A DNA stretch of 64,000 nucleotides from Candidatus Woesearchaeota archaeon (GTDB lineage: Archaea > Nanobdellota > Nanobdellia > Pacearchaeales > GW2011-AR1), in the NCBI GenBank assembly GCA_964479755.1, contig CAYZNI010000001.1, forward strand, positions 10,171 through 74,170. Reading direction: 5' to 3'. Shown piece by piece: positions 49,581 to 59,825 of this stretch. The notes beneath the pieces are model-generated. The model was given only the letters and a program-made list of their open reading frames with translations. It ran no database searches and was not told the origin of the DNA. Within the stretch, counting starts at the first letter, position 1; each line of letters opens with the position of its first letter. The translations under genes and the position numbers were made by a program.

Positions 49581-52500
49581 ATTAATTATCGCATTAATCG
49601 GAATTTTATTTTTTGCAGCTGGAGGAGTTTTTGTTGCTGCGCAGATTAGCCAACCGCCACCTCTTTATCAACAGAACTACCCACAAACACCCAATTATAA
49701 CTATCAGTATCCCCAAGGGTATAATCCTGCTGGTTATTATCCTCCCGGCGCGGCTCAGCAGGGGTACAACTCGCAATACAATCCTTATTATGCAAGTAAT
49801 CCAAGTTATTATTCTCCATATTCAAGCAGTTATGGAAGCAATGGATTTTTGGGAGGAGGCACGTATGCGGGATATGTGAACACTCAACCGCAGCCGACGT
49901 TGCAGAGCTATTATTCTACTCCCATAGGAGAAGGACTTGGAAGCGGAGTTCAGACTTACTGGCCGATTCTTGGAGATGCGGAAACCTGCTTGGCGAGGCA
50001 AGACTTGATACTGAATGTGCCTCCGGCAGGATGCTCGCCTGTTGTTGTAAGAAGCGACCTGCTGGCAGAGCAGAACGTGCCAGTGTTTTGCCAAATAGAT
50101 TCGTACAAGATAAATCCATTGATTGATATTAACTCTATACAGAGCATGACTTTCAGCGGGCAGTATCCTCCAGAAGTTCTCGGAGCGGGATTTCATCCGG
50201 CAAGGGCGGCGATAAGGTCTGGAGAAACATTGCTTGGCGCTCCGCTGGCGAATAATGTGGGCTATATTGTAGTTGTTCTTAAAAGACAACCTGATGAAAG
50301 AAAGCTCCCTGATTTTGTGAATGTGACACTAGGCGCTAGAATAAATTATATTTCTGGAAATTCTTTAGGAATTGGTGCTAATGAATTTTTACTGAAACCG
50401 ATGTCTGATAGTGACTGGAATAATGATAAGCACAAGCAAAGCTTCTGGAATGGAAGGTATTTTGTAAGGCTTGAGGATGCGCAAGATAATTATGCTACTG
50501 TCTCGATTTACAACGGAAATCAAAAAGTTGTTACTCAAAGAGTTCAGAGCGGAACTACTTCGCCAGCAAACTTTTTGCCTGGCCTTTACTGCCAGGCGGG
50601 ACTACAAATCTCCTATGACGGAATTATTTCAGCTGACCAGACTGCAAAGATAGAAGTTAGCGATGACAAATCGACGGATGTGTTTGATGTAATTCAGGGC
50701 TCACAGTTTTTGAACAATAGGTGCAATGTGAATTATTTGGATGTTGCTGCAGACGGGCAGTCTGGAAGAGTAATAGTAAATTGCCCTGGAAGAACATTTG
50801 AGTTAGTTCTGGGAAGGGCGCTTTACGATGGGCAGAACCTGAGCGTGCAAGGAGTCAATGTAGTTCCAGTTAGGCAATCGTTTGGATATGAGCTAAATCT
50901 TGAGGTTTTGCAAGATGGAAGGAAGGGAAGTTACCTTTATGATTTTAACGGAATTTTGTCGAAAAGAAATGCAACTACAGGAGCTCTTGGGGTTTTAGTT
51001 GACTACAGAGGACAGTTTGTTGGAAGCGGAAACACGTCAAATGCAGAGTGGTATTTGGAGCTTTGGAGACAAATGGGGGAGATAACGGGAATAAGGAATG
51101 CAGTTGCGCAAGGAGGGAGCCAACAAAATTTGTCGCAGGCTAAGCCCTATTATACAAATGCAATAAATAATTTTGAAAGCGTTTCTGATGACTATGCTTC
51201 AGAGGTTTCAGATTCAGGTACTAAATATGGACAGCTGGCTTTAGAGAGCGGCGTGAATTTAGCACAGAAATTCGGGGATGCACAGACGCAAAGCAGACTA
51301 TTGAAAAAATTAATTGATAATTATCCTGTTCAAAATCAAAGTTATTCAAATATGATGAAGCAAATTAGTGGAGCTGACACATCACAGGCTTCTCAAGCGG
51401 TAGAATTTGAGGAAGGCACAAAAGTAATTAGGCTAATCGGGTTTAACAGCCCGAAGCAGAGGTCAAGCGCAGAGTTCTCAATAGATGGCAGAGGTCAAAC
51501 TTTAAATGTTAAGGCGCAGAGAATACAACTTGTAAGCAGCGGAGTCAACGGAGTTTTTACCAGAGGAGAAATTTCCATTGACAATGTAGACCCCCAGCAG
51601 GCTTTCGTGACTGCATATTGCGCAAATGCCAACGGAGTGATTCCGACTTATGGCGATAGCTATATTTTGAGGACGTTTGAACCTGAAAGAATTATTTGCG
51701 GCTCTGCAGTAAAGTTGATAAGAACGAATGTGAACTCAATGGCCAAAATAAGGCTTTATCCAACCTCGCAAGGAACGCAGACATTGACAAATGTAACTGT
51801 CACAATTGGAATTGAAAAAAGGGCGATAAAGATATCTCCTGAGAAAGCCAGAGAGAAGATAGAGAACTTGAACAAGAGCATAAAGAAGTGGGAGGAGATT
51901 TCAAAGAATATGGGCACAGTAGTCTCGGGACTTAAGACGGCGTGCTTTGCAACTTCGGCTGTGCTGACTTTCAAGAACTTTGTGACAGGATTAAGCGGAG
52001 AGACAATTGCGAGACAACAAGTTATGAACGGGGAGAATGGATGGAGGAATAGATGTGCCAAACTTGTTGGAGATGGAGCTTACGCCACAGTTGACCAGTG
52101 CTATTTGGCTAAATCCGGAGAGATTGATGCCGAGGTTTCCAAGAATGTTAATGCAATAAACAAAGTTAATCAAAAGATACAATCCATACAGGGCAAATAC
52201 ACTACTACAACTGACATATTTGGGCAGAGCGTCGACGCGGAGAAATTGAGAACTGCATTAGCAGCGCAGGCCAGAGCAGATTATGGGAACACGATGATTG
52301 ATGTTTCGAACTTTTCAAAGAAATATTTTGTGACAGGGCCTGATGGTAAGCAGATTCAGGCGACCAGCATAACGATAAATGAACTTTTGTCAGATGAAAA
52401 TATGAAGAATGGAGCAGTTTCGACTGATGCGCTGAAGACGATTATGGTAAATGCTGAACTTAAGAATTCAGGTGCGAGCGGAGAGCAATTAAAAAATATC

Positions 52501-55500
52501 AACTCGTATTTAAGCGATAGTGCTGTAAAGATAAATGATAATAGAATCGCTTATCAAGACTTGGAGAAGGCAAAAGCTGACGCTGATAGCGGTTTTGGCC
52601 AGCCGTTTTACTTGAATCCGGACAATCAGCAGATGAGAGTTGCGGATGTTGTGAGAATGTCGGATGATACAAAAAACAAAACCGGATTTACAGAAGTTGT
52701 TAATTATGTCAGTACGGCTGTTGTTTCTGGAGGAACAGCAACTGAAAAAAGCCCAGGAGATTTTGAAAGCGGAACATACAGACTAGGGCTCGTGGGGCTG
52801 GATTCCGGGCAGGGAATTTATGGAGTCAAGGAGATTTATTTTGTTGATAAGAATGAAAGCTTAGCGCCTGAAAAAGTCAAGCAATTTTTGAGCAAGTATG
52901 GAGTTGGAAACTTGAAGGGAGCTGATAGAGTAAGCTATAGTCATCAAATTATATCGACTGATAGGAAGTGCAGGTTTTATGAGACAGAGCCTTATAGAGG
53001 AATGCCTGCGGTAATTCCGTTTGATTACAGAAATGGATGGTATGCGGCAACTCGGCAGACATTGCCTGCGTTTGGGGGAATAGGAGCGTTTGACAAGTCG
53101 GGAAGAGTAACTAGCTTCTGGTTGTGCAATGTTGGAGACAATGGAAGAGTTGAATTTGAATCGGGATTTGGAGATGATTTGTGCCAGCAAATCAATTTAA
53201 ACACTGGACAGCCGCTTGGGAGTTTCCCTGGATTGAGCGATGCCGATGCAAAGACAAAAATATCGCAGGCGACAAGCGCAATTGAGCAAGCAGCGAGGCA
53301 GTATCCGAACAAGGTCATAACAGTAAATGGAGAGAGATGCGAAGTTGGAGCGCCTAGCTCTGGACAGCCAGGGACGCAGTGCCAGGACTTTATGTCGCCG
53401 AAAGACTGCTTGTTGTTGTTCAATGTTTGCGACCCGGTGATTTGTCCGCCATCAAGATGCAATCTTGGAGGGACTTATAATGTGGCAGATGTAGCGCAAA
53501 GCGGACTAGTTGGAAGCATATTCCTGTGCCTTCCAAATATAAGAGAGGGAGTGGCAATGCCCGTGTGCTTGACTGGAATCCAGGCGGGTATAGATGCCTG
53601 GACATCAATAATGAAAAATTACAGAGATTGTTTGCAGGAGAACATTGATACTGGGCAGACGGTTGGAATTTGCGATGAGATACACTCAATTTATTTGTGC
53701 GAGTTCTTCTGGGGACAAATTGCACCGTTTGTGAATGTTATCATTCCTAAATTGATTGAGATTGCTTATGGCCAGGGTGTAAGGGGCGGCGGTGAATACT
53801 TGACAGTGCAGTCTTCTTGGCAGAACATGGAAAATTCGATAAATTATTTTACGAATCATTATGCTGTAAACTCGATGAATGCATTTCGAGCGAGGTCGAA
53901 CGGGCAGTACGGAAGCAATCCTTACTCTCTTGGAAGCATTGCAGAAGTTGGCACTTCATTTTGCCAGAATTTCATGTCTATAAAAGCACCTTCTGCGTTC
54001 CAATCTCTTGTTGAACCGGATTCGCCGCCGCAGTTTTACGCGTGGTTTGATGAAAAAACATTTTCAACAGTGACTGTTCCAGCGACTTCGCAATACAAAG
54101 TGTTTTATCATATATTTGCAGGCAACGATGCTGGCGTGCAATTCAGCGTTTATTTGAAAGGTGCTCCTGAGAGTTCATTTTATGCGACAAATCCTTTTGT
54201 TACGGTGGACACTGGATTTGTTGCCAGAGGGCAGTATGCATCTAACACGAAGGACTTTACAGCGCCTCAGAGTTATAAACAACTTTGTGTGAGGATAAAT
54301 GCACAGGAAGAGTGCGGCTTTGGGCAAGTATCGACTGATTTTGCGATAAATTATATCCGAGACAGCTGGGTGAAGGGAGAACTGCAGAATACAAATATTA
54401 ATTCAGAGAAAGATTGCGTTTCAGGAAGCAACAATCCAGGTGCGCTTCTCAATCCGAATATTCAGGCAGGAGTTGAGAGCTTTGTTTCGCCTGATGTATA
54501 TAACAGAGGCGTAGTCAGAATATGCTCAACAGACAATCCTGGAAAGGGAACTGATCCGACGAGATTTGTAAATGTTGGAAACTGCGGGGATACAAAAGTC
54601 GGATGCTGGCTGGACAAGAGAAGCGTGGATAATGCGTTAACAAATGGAAATGTTGGAGCGAGAAATGAGACGTTGCAAGTGCTGCAAAACCAAGTAGATA
54701 ATTATTTAATTAATAGCGGAGAGTTGTTCAACAATGAGCAGAGTGCCGTTGAGATTCAGAGTTTGAAGCTGGCGTTTGAGGATTTGAAGAAGGAAAGCGC
54801 CAGCACAATAATTGGAAAAGCACAGGATATGATGAACAGGATTGACTTTGATGTTATTAAAGTAGTGTTGAGCAGAGACAAGGCACAGTTGATATTGCTT
54901 AGAGGACAGGTTAATGCTGAAGTAGCTATGAAGTTGAAGGCGGTTGAGGATGCTTCAAGGCCTGCGCCGCAGCTGCCGACGCCTGGGCAAGGCGTGGCGC
55001 AACCGTCTAACAATGGAATTAATAGTGGGACTGGAGCTTCATCTGGAAAGCCCGTGGAATTTTTATTTGGGCAGGAAGCCCAGCCAAATAATAAACAGGA
55101 AAATACTATTTATTTTGAATTAACGACTCAGGCTTATTCGAATGATAAGTTCTACTTGTCTAAATTTGATGGCGACGCAGAATTTGGGCTGTTATATCAA
55201 AAGAAGGATGGAACTCTTGTTGGCATAGGAAGGTTTGTTAATGGGTTTGTTACAGGAGGAGTTCAAGGATTTAGTCAATTAACTAATGGAGAAATTCCAA
55301 ATCTTGAAGATAAACTGCAAGGAGCTGCGATTAAGTATGAGATGCTTGATGGCGCTGCTCCTGTTGTTTTAGCAGATGGAAGATATGGATTTACGTTAGG
55401 GGGCAGAAGTTATGCACTTAATGCGGGGAGATTTGAGATTAGTATTGATGGGATAAATTATACGAATGCTTCTAAACTGTGGAATATGACTAATGATGCT

Positions 55501-56298
55501 ATTGAAAGACGGCGCTTAGTTCTTGCAGAGTATGAATTGAGAAGATATAGCAGCAAATTGGTTGTTGGTCCGCCTGCTCCATCTTTAAGTGGGACGATGC
55601 AGCCCGGGCAATCTGTCGGAATGGAGAGTAAAGGTGAAAAAACGCAGACTGAAGTGACGGCGCAAAATAATTATGGAATTCCGTCGCCATTAACTTTAGA
55701 TAATGCAAGAGTTTTTTTAGAAGGGAAAATTAGTTCTAGTACTTCTGGAAGCTATGGAAGTTATGTTTATGGTGCTAGTCAAGTTCCAGAGTTTACTGAA
55801 TTTGTTAATCAGCTGTATTCTATGAGATTAATAAGCGAGAGTGAGTTTGTTGATATTAATGGAAGTGGTTGGCTTAATATGGCTGAGACTGTGAATTGGG
55901 TTGTTGATTTGTTGAAAAAGAAAAAGGAGGCGCAGCAGACAAGTCAATCCGGTACTCCAATTGCTCAACAGCAAAAGAAATGTTATAGTGTTCAAATTAA
56001 ACTTTTAAACGGGAGACAATATATTCTTTTAGATGGAACAAGCACAAAACTTTATTTGCTTGATGGATTTGTTAAGACTGATTATGTTAATGAAAGGGGT
56101 GGAAGAATATCTCTATCATTAGTACCAATAAATAGCGGTGGATTAATAGGAACTAGTCAGATTGAAGATAACGTAAATAAAATTAGGAATGATTTTTATG
56201 TTGTGAGTAACTTAGAGGCAATTAAGGGCAAATTTGTAGATTACTCTCAAAGTAAATTGTTGGTTTCTCAAGGCAGAGAGCAGTTTTGTGTTGATTAG
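49570..56298 (+). CDS. Giant (2242-aa) membrane-anchored extracellular protein, function unknown.
   Basis: Its start overlaps the previous stop by 11 nt. N-terminal anchor MRDKLIIALIGILFFAAGGVFVAA, then a Y/P/Q-rich low-complexity linker, then a long ectodomain with a Cys cluster (CLLLFNVCDPVICPPSRC). Confidence 0.55.
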   Translation: MRDKLIIALIGILFFAAGGVFVAAQISQPPPLYQQNYPQTPNYNYQYPQGYNPAGYYPPGAAQQGYNSQYNPYYASNPSYYSPYSSSYGSNGFLGGGTYAGYVNTQPQPTLQSYYSTPIGEGLGSGVQTYWPILGDAETCLARQDLILNVPPAGCSPVVVRSDLLAEQNVPVFCQIDSYKINPLIDINSIQSMTFSGQYPPEVLGAGFHPARAAIRSGETLLGAPLANNVGYIVVVLKRQPDERKLPDFVNVTLGARINYISGNSLGIGANEFLLKPMSDSDWNNDKHKQSFWNGRYFVRLEDAQDNYATVSIYNGNQKVVTQRVQSGTTSPANFLPGLYCQAGLQISYDGIISADQTAKIEVSDDKSTDVFDVIQGSQFLNNRCNVNYLDVAADGQSGRVIVNCPGRTFELVLGRALYDGQNLSVQGVNVVPVRQSFGYELNLEVLQDGRKGSYLYDFNGILSKRNATTGALGVLVDYRGQFVGSGNTSNAEWYLELWRQMGEITGIRNAVAQGGSQQNLSQAKPYYTNAINNFESVSDDYASEVSDSGTKYGQLALESGVNLAQKFGDAQTQSRLLKKLIDNYPVQNQSYSNMMKQISGADTSQASQAVEFEEGTKVIRLIGFNSPKQRSSAEFSIDGRGQTLNVKAQRIQLVSSGVNGVFTRGEISIDNVDPQQAFVTAYCANANGVIPTYGDSYILRTFEPERIICGSAVKLIRTNVNSMAKIRLYPTSQGTQTLTNVTVTIGIEKRAIKISPEKAREKIENLNKSIKKWEEISKNMGTVVSGLKTACFATSAVLTFKNFVTGLSGETIARQQVMNGENGWRNRCAKLVGDGAYATVDQCYLAKSGEIDAEVSKNVNAINKVNQKIQSIQGKYTTTTDIFGQSVDAEKLRTALAAQARADYGNTMIDVSNFSKKYFVTGPDGKQIQATSITINELLSDENMKNGAVSTDALKTIMVNAELKNSGASGEQLKNINSYLSDSAVKINDNRIAYQDLEKAKADADSGFGQPFYLNPDNQQMRVADVVRMSDDTKNKTGFTEVVNYVSTAVVSGGTATEKSPGDFESGTYRLGLVGLDSGQGIYGVKEIYFVDKNESLAPEKVKQFLSKYGVGNLKGADRVSYSHQIISTDRKCRFYETEPYRGMPAVIPFDYRNGWYAATRQTLPAFGGIGAFDKSGRVTSFWLCNVGDNGRVEFESGFGDDLCQQINLNTGQPLGSFPGLSDADAKTKISQATSAIEQAARQYPNKVITVNGERCEVGAPSSGQPGTQCQDFMSPKDCLLLFNVCDPVICPPSRCNLGGTYNVADVAQSGLVGSIFLCLPNIREGVAMPVCLTGIQAGIDAWTSIMKNYRDCLQENIDTGQTVGICDEIHSIYLCEFFWGQIAPFVNVIIPKLIEIAYGQGVRGGGEYLTVQSSWQNMENSINYFTNHYAVNSMNAFRARSNGQYGSNPYSLGSIAEVGTSFCQNFMSIKAPSAFQSLVEPDSPPQFYAWFDEKTFSTVTVPATSQYKVFYHIFAGNDAGVQFSVYLKGAPESSFYATNPFVTVDTGFVARGQYASNTKDFTAPQSYKQLCVRINAQEECGFGQVSTDFAINYIRDSWVKGELQNTNINSEKDCVSGSNNPGALLNPNIQAGVESFVSPDVYNRGVVRICSTDNPGKGTDPTRFVNVGNCGDTKVGCWLDKRSVDNALTNGNVGARNETLQVLQNQVDNYLINSGELFNNEQSAVEIQSLKLAFEDLKKESASTIIGKAQDMMNRIDFDVIKVVLSRDKAQLILLRGQVNAEVAMKLKAVEDASRPAPQLPTPGQGVAQPSNNGINSGTGASSGKPVEFLFGQEAQPNNKQENTIYFELTTQAYSNDKFYLSKFDGDAEFGLLYQKKDGTLVGIGRFVNGFVTGGVQGFSQLTNGEIPNLEDKLQGAAIKYEMLDGAAPVVLADGRYGFTLGGRSYALNAGRFEISIDGINYTNASKLWNMTNDAIERRRLVLAEYELRRYSSKLVVGPPAPSLSGTMQPGQSVGMESKGEKTQTEVTAQNNYGIPSPLTLDNARVFLEGKISSSTSGSYGSYVYGASQVPEFTEFVNQLYSMRLISESEFVDINGSGWLNMAETVNWVVDLLKKKKEAQQTSQSGTPIAQQQKKCYSVQIKLLNGRQYILLDGTSTKLYLLDGFVKTDYVNERGGRISLSLVPINSGGLIGTSQIEDNVNKIRNDFYVVSNLEAIKGKFVDYSQSKLLVSQGREQFCVD

Positions 56299-56372
56299 TT
56301 TTAAGTTGATTTTGTAATCGTCAGCAGTAAATCCTTGGGAATGTTTAAATAGTTGCAGAAAGGGTTATTTTT

Positions 56373-57005
56373 ATGGGAAAAGGCTTGAAAGGGATTGCGG
56401 GAGCTGGAGTGGCAGGATTAGCTTTAGTTGGAAGCTTTTTTGGAGGTTATCAAATTGGAAGAAGAGGAAATGAGAGGAGCGGGATTCAAATTGTAGCAAC
56501 TGGAAATGAGAGGAGCGAAAGCCAAAAAGCAACAAATAGAAAAGAGTTTAGCGTAATTCAGATGAATAGGATAAATTGTGCATTTGTGAGCGATTATTCG
56601 GGTGACGAATCTGCACCAAAATTTAATTTTTTTGGAGCGAGAGTTTATTTAGATGGAAGAGACAGACCTGATGGACTGATACTACTTGATGCCCGCCCAA
56701 TAAGAGGTATTAATTTTGGTAAAAACAGGCTGACAAGACATGATTTGTATTCTATGGCAATACAAGGGAATGCGCCCATTGACTTTTTTGTAACTGAAGA
56801 ACTGGCCAGCTTGATTAAGGGAAATAAACAAGTGAGGGCGGAAGTATCGGGTTATACTTCTTTGAAGTACACAGTTGTAAAGGATCCCGATGGAATTAAG
56901 GCTATTATAGATGAACGTTTTGAACATTTTCTGAAACTTCATCCGGATCCTAAACTGACAGGATCATATTATTATTCTGGAAAAGTACACACTTTGTTTA
57001 AGTAA
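56373..57005 (+). CDS. Membrane-anchored hypothetical protein.
   Basis: 210-aa ORF with a Gly-rich N-terminal TM segment (GIAGAGVAGLALVGSFFGG). Confidence 0.4.
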   Translation: MGKGLKGIAGAGVAGLALVGSFFGGYQIGRRGNERSGIQIVATGNERSESQKATNRKEFSVIQMNRINCAFVSDYSGDESAPKFNFFGARVYLDGRDRPDGLILLDARPIRGINFGKNRLTRHDLYSMAIQGNAPIDFFVTEELASLIKGNKQVRAEVSGYTSLKYTVVKDPDGIKAIIDERFEHFLKLHPDPKLTGSYYYSGKVHTLFK

Positions 57006-57115
57006 AAATAATTATCTTTTTTAAGAAAGAATTAAGCTTTATTTAAATTAAAGAAAAAAAATAAAGTTATCACTAAAATTTTAATCATAATTTTTACAGC
57101 TTCGGAGCTAAAAAA

Positions 57116-57469
57116 TTAAGTTGAACCGCCTGAGCAGCTGGAACCGTCACACATGTTGTTGGTACACTCTTGATCAACGTCCCAACCATTTCCTGCTGTA
57201 TTGCATTTAAACACACAGGCATGATTTAGGACATTCGGTGGTTCAACGCATCTCTTATGTCCTGCTGTACATGGTGTTGCCGGTGCAGATGGGCAGTCAG
57301 AGCCAAAAATAGCTTGGTCGAAAAGATCAACCTGCTGTACTGGCTTTTTCCAATTAACACTGGCAAGGTTATTTTTGTTAGATTGGTCTGAAGCTACCAC
57401 AATTACGCCTGACAAAACAAAAACAAAGGCCAAAAATGCGGTTACTGCAATCCAATTCTTTGTCGCCAT
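57116..57469 (-). CDS. Small secreted cysteine-rich protein.
   Basis: 117-aa ORF with a signal peptide and 10 Cys in the C-terminal half. Confidence 0.4.
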   Translation of the reverse strand: MATKNWIAVTAFLAFVFVLSGVIVVASDQSNKNNLASVNWKKPVQQVDLFDQAIFGSDCPSAPATPCTAGHKRCVEPPNVLNHACVFKCNTAGNGWDVDQECTNNMCDGSSCSGGST

Positions 57470-57571
57470 AGTTTCTTATGAATACTGAAATATTTAAATC
57501 TTACTTTTTTTGCTTAAAGAAAGAACTGCATTGCAAAGGTTTAAATCACGCAAAAATTTTTATAAAATAGT

Positions 57572-57655
57572 GCGGAGATGCCGGAGTGGTCAAACGGGTC
57601 ACGTTTAGGCCGTGATAGCTTAGTGCTTACCTAGGTTCGAATCCTAGTCTCCGCA
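57572..57655 (+). tRNA. tRNA-Leu (anticodon UAG), class II with a long variable arm.
   Basis: Cloverleaf folded by hand. Acceptor stem GCGGAGA/UCUCCGC; anticodon stem UCACG/CGUGA with loop UUUAGGC; variable arm AGCUUAGUGCU; T arm CUAGG/CCUAG with loop UUCGAAU; discriminator A. Confidence 0.8.
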
Positions 57656-57802
57656 TAAGTTCTAAATTTAAGAATCTGGAATCATTTTTTCCAAGACAAA
57701 AATTTCCAGCATTTCTTAGTGGTTTAGGGATGAATGCAATGAAGCTGCATATCCATTCGGAATTCGCAAGGTTTTTATATTGATTTTGGAAAGAATGGAG
57801 TT

Positions 57803-58396
57803 ATGAAATATTTGTGCCTGGATGATATGCTGAACAGGGAAACATCAAGTATGAAACTTGGATTTTCCAAAGACCCTATTTTTGTTTTTGACACAAATGC
57901 ATTCAAATATCGATATAAAAAGACTGAAAGGAAAGTTGTCGTGATGGAGAGCTGTCTTGGCGAGCTGTTCAGGAATAGCGAGGTTTTTCCTGATGAAAGC
58001 GTTCTGGAGCTTTCTTTGATGCTGAATCCTGATGTTATAAATCAATTTGTTTCTGAAAGTAATGAAAAACTAATCTTGGAAACCTGCAGGAAATATGCGA
58101 AAGGAGATTATGCGAAACAATTTGGCTTGGGATGGGCTGACAACCAGATTTTGTCTTACGCGCTTGAGCAATCCAGAAAAGGAAATTATGTGGCGATTGT
58201 TTCCAATGACGCGAACATAAACAGAGTGGTTAAGGGATTCATTGAAACAGCACCGGAGTTGAAGGGAAGAATTACTGCCTTATCGGCAAGAAGGTATTTA
58301 ATTCAGGCAAACAGCCAAAGGCTTAAAGGACTTGACAAAGGATTCAGGGAGGCGATTGCGAAAGAGATGGAAGAACAGTATAGGGTTGCTGGATGA
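57803..58396 (+). CDS. PIN-domain (VapC-like) nuclease.
   Basis: PIN acidic residues at conserved positions: FVFDTNAF, VVMESCLGE, IVSNDANI. The start may be an internal Met near 57851. Confidence 0.45.
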   Translation: MKYLCLDDMLNRETSSMKLGFSKDPIFVFDTNAFKYRYKKTERKVVVMESCLGELFRNSEVFPDESVLELSLMLNPDVINQFVSESNEKLILETCRKYAKGDYAKQFGLGWADNQILSYALEQSRKGNYVAIVSNDANINRVVKGFIETAPELKGRITALSARRYLIQANSQRLKGLDKGFREAIAKEMEEQYRVAG

Positions 58397-58474
58397 CTTT
58401 TTTTGGTTTTGTATCTACTATTTGTGAAATTTGATAATAGGAAGATATTTAAATTCATTATCTTTAAAGAGATA

Positions 58475-59128
58475 ATGGTAATTGTAAACGAAATAACAAT
58501 GAATATAGTGAAAAATGCTGAAGATGGAGAAAGCATCTATAGCTTGGCTTCCAAGATAGGTTTTGCTTATTCTGCGGTTTACAAATGGATATCTGAATTA
58601 GAAAGATACGGGGTAATCAGTTTAATTAGAAAGGGGAATAAAAATGTCATAAAGATTAATAAGAATTTAATTTATAAGAAATTTAAAGAATTAGACGAGG
58701 CTGTTTCTGTTATAGAGAAGGATAATACTTTCTGGAGGTTAGTTAAAAATTTGAAATTAAAGATAAGATTTGTTAAGGGAACAGCTGCGACTATCTGGAC
58801 TAAAGGAAGTTTTATCACTGGAGATTTTTATGACAGAATTTATTTTTTAGAAGTTGAAAAGAAAGATGTAGATGCTTTAAAGAAAGCTTTGAAGAAAGAG
58901 GGAATTGGCTTTACTGAAGGAGAATTAGAGAATAAAAGACCTTTAGTTTGGATTATAGAAAAAATAAATTTAAAGATAGAAAAAAAAGATGGTTTGCCCG
59001 TTATGCCTTTAAAAGAATTGGTTGAGTGGGGAAAAGAATTGCATTTAGAAAATATCTTAGAGCAATTAGACTTATTATACAATTTAAGATTAAATTTTAA
59101 TTATTCAGAGGTGTCAACAAATGTCTAA
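58475..59128 (+). CDS. Winged-HTH protein; putative AbiEi-like antitoxin/regulator partner of the downstream NTase.
   Basis: HTH SIYSLASKIGFAYSAVYKWISELERYGVISL. Its stop overlaps the downstream start by 8 nt. The ORF track extends the 5' end to 58403. Confidence 0.35.
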   Translation: MVIVNEITMNIVKNAEDGESIYSLASKIGFAYSAVYKWISELERYGVISLIRKGNKNVIKINKNLIYKKFKELDEAVSVIEKDNTFWRLVKNLKLKIRFVKGTAATIWTKGSFITGDFYDRIYFLEVEKKDVDALKKALKKEGIGFTEGELENKRPLVWIIEKINLKIEKKDGLPVMPLKELVEWGKELHLENILEQLDLLYNLRLNFNYSEVSTNV

Positions 59129-59825
59129 GGATGATTCAAGAGCTGGCCTACTTGAAAGAGAAGGAGAGGTTATGAAGATGCTGGATTTATTTATAGATAA
59201 AAAATTAGACTTTGTTGTAGTTGGCGGATATGCAATTTCAACGTATAAGAAAAGGTTCTCAATTGATTTAGACTTGGTGGTAAAAGAAGACGATCTTGAA
59301 AAGTTTGAGAAAATATTAGAAAAAGATGGCTACGCATTACATTATGAAAAAGAAATAGCTTTGATGTATGGAGAAAATTTTAAAAGATTTATGAAAAAGA
59401 TGAAAAATTTGCCTGTTGATATAGACTTATTAATCAATGGACTTGCTTCTCGAACAACACACGCGACTTGGGGATTAGAGTATATAAAGAGAAATTCTAT
59501 AAAAAGAAAACTAAATAACTCTGATTTTATAACTCCTGAGAAAGAGCTGCTTATTGCAATGAAATTTCATAGTGGAAGACTTTCGGATATAAGGGATATT
59601 GTTGCTTTAATGCCTTGTGACAAAGATAAACTGAGAAAACATTTGTTAAAAGGAGATATCAAAAAGCTTAAAGAATCAATAGAAAAGCGAGCAGCTTTCC
59701 TGGATAAGCCGCAATTTGATGATAGTTTTAAGGGAATCTTTGGACCTTTTTCATTTAGTGTTGAAGATTTCCAAGAGGCCAAAGAGTTGGTTAAAGAAAT
59801 ATTAAAGGAGAAAGTTAATAATTAA
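59121..59825 (+). CDS. Nucleotidyltransferase of the AbiEii/DUF1814-like type (putative toxin).
   Basis: NTase motif hGG-x10-DxD: FVVVGGYAISTYKKRFSIDLDLVV. Confidence 0.45.
   Translation: MSKDDSRAGLLEREGEVMKMLDLFIDKKLDFVVVGGYAISTYKKRFSIDLDLVVKEDDLEKFEKILEKDGYALHYEKEIALMYGENFKRFMKKMKNLPVDIDLLINGLASRTTHATWGLEYIKRNSIKRKLNNSDFITPEKELLIAMKFHSGRLSDIRDIVALMPCDKDKLRKHLLKGDIKKLKESIEKRAAFLDKPQFDDSFKGIFGPFSFSVEDFQEAKELVKEILKEKVNN

Noticed and set aside
49613-56298. Numerous 60-155-aa ORFs on both strands inside the 2242-aa gene (for example 49822..50289, 51756..52061, 53025..53462).
   Set aside because: These are shadow ORFs within a long, continuous, well-behaved coding frame. They have no independent signals.
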